Assembly (NCBI GenBank): GCA_907165135.1 | Contig: OU015568.1 | Span: 12,028,001-12,092,000 of the forward strand | Origin: Oikopleura dioica | Lineage: Eukaryota; Animalia; Chordata | Length of the DNA: 64,000 nucleotides | Direction of reading: 5' to 3' | In this document: piece after piece, positions 61,105 through 64,000 of the stretch | Position numbering within the stretch: position 1 is the stretch's first letter | How the letters are laid out: each line of letters starts with the position of its first letter | Made by a program: the position numbers and the translations under genes | Notes under the pieces: model-generated | Databases searched by the model: none | Told to the model about the DNA's origin: nothing | The model's input: the letters and a program-made list of their open reading frames with translations, nothing else

Positions 61105-64000
61105 AAGCCCCTTAAATTAAATAATCAAGGAACTGGGCTTAGACGGCCCGAAGAGCCGTCAAGCCCCTTAAATTAAATAATCAAGGAACTGGGCTGAGAC
61201 GGCCCGAAGGGCCGTCATGCCCCTTAAATTAAATAATCAAGGAACTGGGCTGAGACGGCCCGAAGGGCCGTCAAGCCCCTTAAATTAAATAATCAAGGAA
61301 CTGGGCTGAGACGGCCCGAAGTGCCGTCCAGCCCCTTAAATTAAATAATCAAGGAACTGGGCTGAGACGGCCCGAAGGGCCGTCAAGCCCCTTAAATTAA
61401 ATAATCAAGGAACTGGGCTGAGACGGCCCGAAGGGCCGTCAAGCCCCTTAAATTAAATAATCAAGGAACTGGGCTGAGACGGCCCGAAGGGCCGTCAAGC
61501 CCCTTAAATTAAATAATCAAGGAACTGGGCTGAGACGGCCCGAAGGGCCGTCAAGCCTCTTAAATTATATAATCAAGGAACTGGGCTGAGACGGCCCGAA
61601 GGGCCGTCAAGCCCCTTAAATTAAATAATCAAGGAACTGGGCTGAGACGGCCCGAAGGGCCGTCAAGCCCCGTAAATTAAATAATCAAGGAACTGGGCTG
61701 AGACGGCCCGAAGGGCCGTCATGCCCCTTAAATTAAATAATCAAGGAACTGGGCTGAGACGGCCCGAAGGGCCGTCAAGCCCCTTAAATTAAATAATCAA
61801 GGAACTGGGCTGAGACGGCCCGAAGGGCCGTCAAGCCCTTAAATTAAATAATCAAGGAACTGGGCTGAGACGGCCCGAAGGGCCGTCAAGCCCCTAAATT
61901 AAATAATCAAGGAACTGGGCTGAGACGGCCCGAAGGGCCGTCATGCCCTTAAATTAAATAATCAAGGAACTGGGCTGAGACGGCCCGAAGGGCCGTCATG
62001 CCCTAAATTAAATAATCAAGGAACTGGGCTGAGACGGCCCGAAGGGCCGTCAAGCCCTTAAATTAAATAATCAAGGAACTGGGCTGAGACGGCCCGAAGG
62101 GCCGTCAAGCCCCTAAATTAAATAATCAAGGAACTGGGCTGAGACGGCCCGAAGGGCCGTCAAGCCCCTTAAATTAAATAATCAAGGAACTGGGCTGAGA
62201 CGGCCCGAAGGGCCGTCAAGCCCCTTAAGGGTGTCCCCAACGATTTTTTTAAAACAGGCTATACTTTGAGCTATTTTTTATAGGACTTCCTGAACGCTTT
62301 TCGGCTAAAAGAAATATACTCATTATTATTTAGACCCTTTTCTATGCCATAAATTTGGCAGAATTTTGAAATTGTAATCTTTTAATCCCCTACTTCAAAG
62401 AGTTCTGATTTTTCTATTTTGACCAATCTTTGAGGTCGTTTTTCTCGAGTTCTACAAATTTAATTTTTAAATTTCGACCAGATCCTGATTCTTTGAACGC
62501 TAATCTATGCCATTAATTTGACGGATTTTTAAAATTTCTCTGTATGCATCAGATACGATGCATTCTTTGGAGTAACGATTTTGCTGAAGCTTGAGCTCGA
62601 TTCTAGCGCTGTTCCTGAAATTCAATTTTTCTCATTTTTACAGGGATAATAGTTTGATCTATTTTCAATCTCACGGTACGCTTAGATTTTGCGTTGATAA
62701 GACCCTTAATCCCTTTTTCCGGCGCCAAAGTGCAGGTGTTTGCGACTTTTGGCGCACTGTTTGTAAGTGAAAAATTTGTGCTATCGTATTGATATAGGTA
62801 TCATTGAATAGAGAATTTTTCAAGCTATCAGAAAATATACAGGTCGATATATAAAATCGAAAGTTTGGAAATGACCCTTTTTACAATGCATTTCTATCGA
62901 GCCGTAATGCATTAGCGCTGTCATAGAAACAGTAATATCTCGAGAATCAGATGAGATATTTCAGATCTGAAAAAAGCTCTAGAATCAGCTTCCTTTAATT
63001 AACTCAAAAAAATTTGGTCATCAGACTAAGATTAGTCGAATCCGATCGTTGGGGACACCCTTAAATTAAATAATCAAGGAACTGGGCTGAGACGGCCCGA
63101 AGGGCCGTCAAGCCCTAAATTAAATAATCAAGGAACTGGGCTGAGACGGCCCGAAGGGCCGTCAAGCCTCTTAAATTAAATAATCAAGGAACTGGGCTGA
63201 GACGGCCCGAAGGGCCGTCAAGCCCTTAAATTAAATAATCAAGGAACTGGGCTGAGACGGCCCGAAGGGCCGTCAAGCCCCTTAAATTAAATAATCAAGG
63301 AACTGGGCTGAGACGGCCCGAAGGGCCGTCAAGCCCCTTAAATTAAATAATCAAGGAACTGGGCTGAGACGGCCCGAAGGGCCGTCAAGCCCCTAAATTA
63401 AATAATCAAGGAACTGGGCTGAGACGGCCCGAAGGGCCGTCAAGCCCTTAAATTAAATAATCAAGGAACTGGGCTGAGACGGCCTGAAGGGCCGTCAAGC
63501 CCCTTAAATTAAATAATCAAGGAACTGGGCTGAGACGGCCCGAAGGGCCGTCAAGCCCCTTAAATTAAATAATCAAGGAACTGGGCTGAGACGGCCTGAA
63601 GGGCCGTCAAGCCCCTTAAATTAAATAATCAAGGAACTGGGCTGAGACGGCCCGAAGGGCCGTCAAGCCCCTTAAATTAAATAATCAAGGAACTGGGCTG
63701 AGACGGCCTGAAGGGCCGTCAAGCCCCTTAAATTAAATAATCAAGGAACTGGGCTGAGACGGCCCGAAGGGCCGTCAAGCCCCTTAAATTAAATAATCAA
63801 GGAACTGGGCTGAGACGGCCCGAAGGGCCGTCAAGCCCCTTAAATTAAATATTCAAGGAACTGGGCTGAGACGGCCTGAAGGGCCGTCAAGCCCCTTAAA
63901 TTAAATAATCAAGGAACTGGGCTGAGACGGCCCGAAGGGCCGTCAAGCCCTTAAATTAAATAATCAAGGAACTGGGCTGAGACGGCCTGAAGGGCCGTCA
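61105..64000. repeat. Tandem satellite, 55-56-bp unit, about 37 copies in two blocks, runs off the window end
   Basis: Unit TTAAATTAAATAATCAAGGAACTGGGCTGAGACGGCCCGAAGGGCCGTCAAGCCCC. Confidence 0.98.
62229..63060. mobile_element. Non-autonomous DNA transposon with TTAA TSD and GG termini (Kolobok-like) inserted in the satellite
   Basis: TTAA|GGGTGTCCCCAACGAT ... ATCGTTGGGGACACCC|TTAA, with a perfect 16-bp TIR. TTAA plus RR termini fits Kolobok rather than piggyBac (CC termini). Confidence 0.85.

Noticed and set aside
61105-64000. CRISPR array (palindromic repeats at regular spacing)
   Set aside because: There are no unique spacers, the whole 56-bp unit repeats, no cas genes are present and the context is eukaryotic.

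Overview
Compact eukaryotic (animal) genomic DNA, not prokaryotic. Very short introns (about 30-100 nt), frequent non-canonical AG|GA...AG introns, dense genes and chordate-type genes point to a larvacean tunicate such as Oikopleura (inference). Genes I can reconstruct, in order: an EGF-like membrane protein, a synphilin-1-like ankyrin protein, a possible C2-domain protein, a small secreted orphan, a four-domain Cav2-type channel, an annexin, LRRC9, a Zn-finger-like ORF, a low-complexity protein, an SMB-VWD-C8-TIL secreted protein, a coiled-coil protein, zeta-crystallin/quinone reductase, an eight-domain three-finger-like membrane protein, a divergent profilin, a chromo-like+OTU protein, a Pro-rich three-finger protein, an intracellular FGF11-14 and a cationic His-rich prepropeptide. 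There are also three tRNAs, many non-autonomous DNA transposons (several with exact TIRs and TSDs, some nested), a giant palindrome and a 56-bp hairpin satellite. The two most notable observations are (1) the Cav2-like pore reads E-E-A-D instead of EEEE, with a remodelled AID and IQ region, and (2) a hAT MITE inside a coding exon whose TSD supplies a splice acceptor and whose TIR offers a frame-restoring donor, a possible intron gain in progress. Exon boundaries were inferred by eye from homology recalled from memory, so multi-exon coordinates are approximate. A few homology frames need single-base indels, which may be assembly errors.
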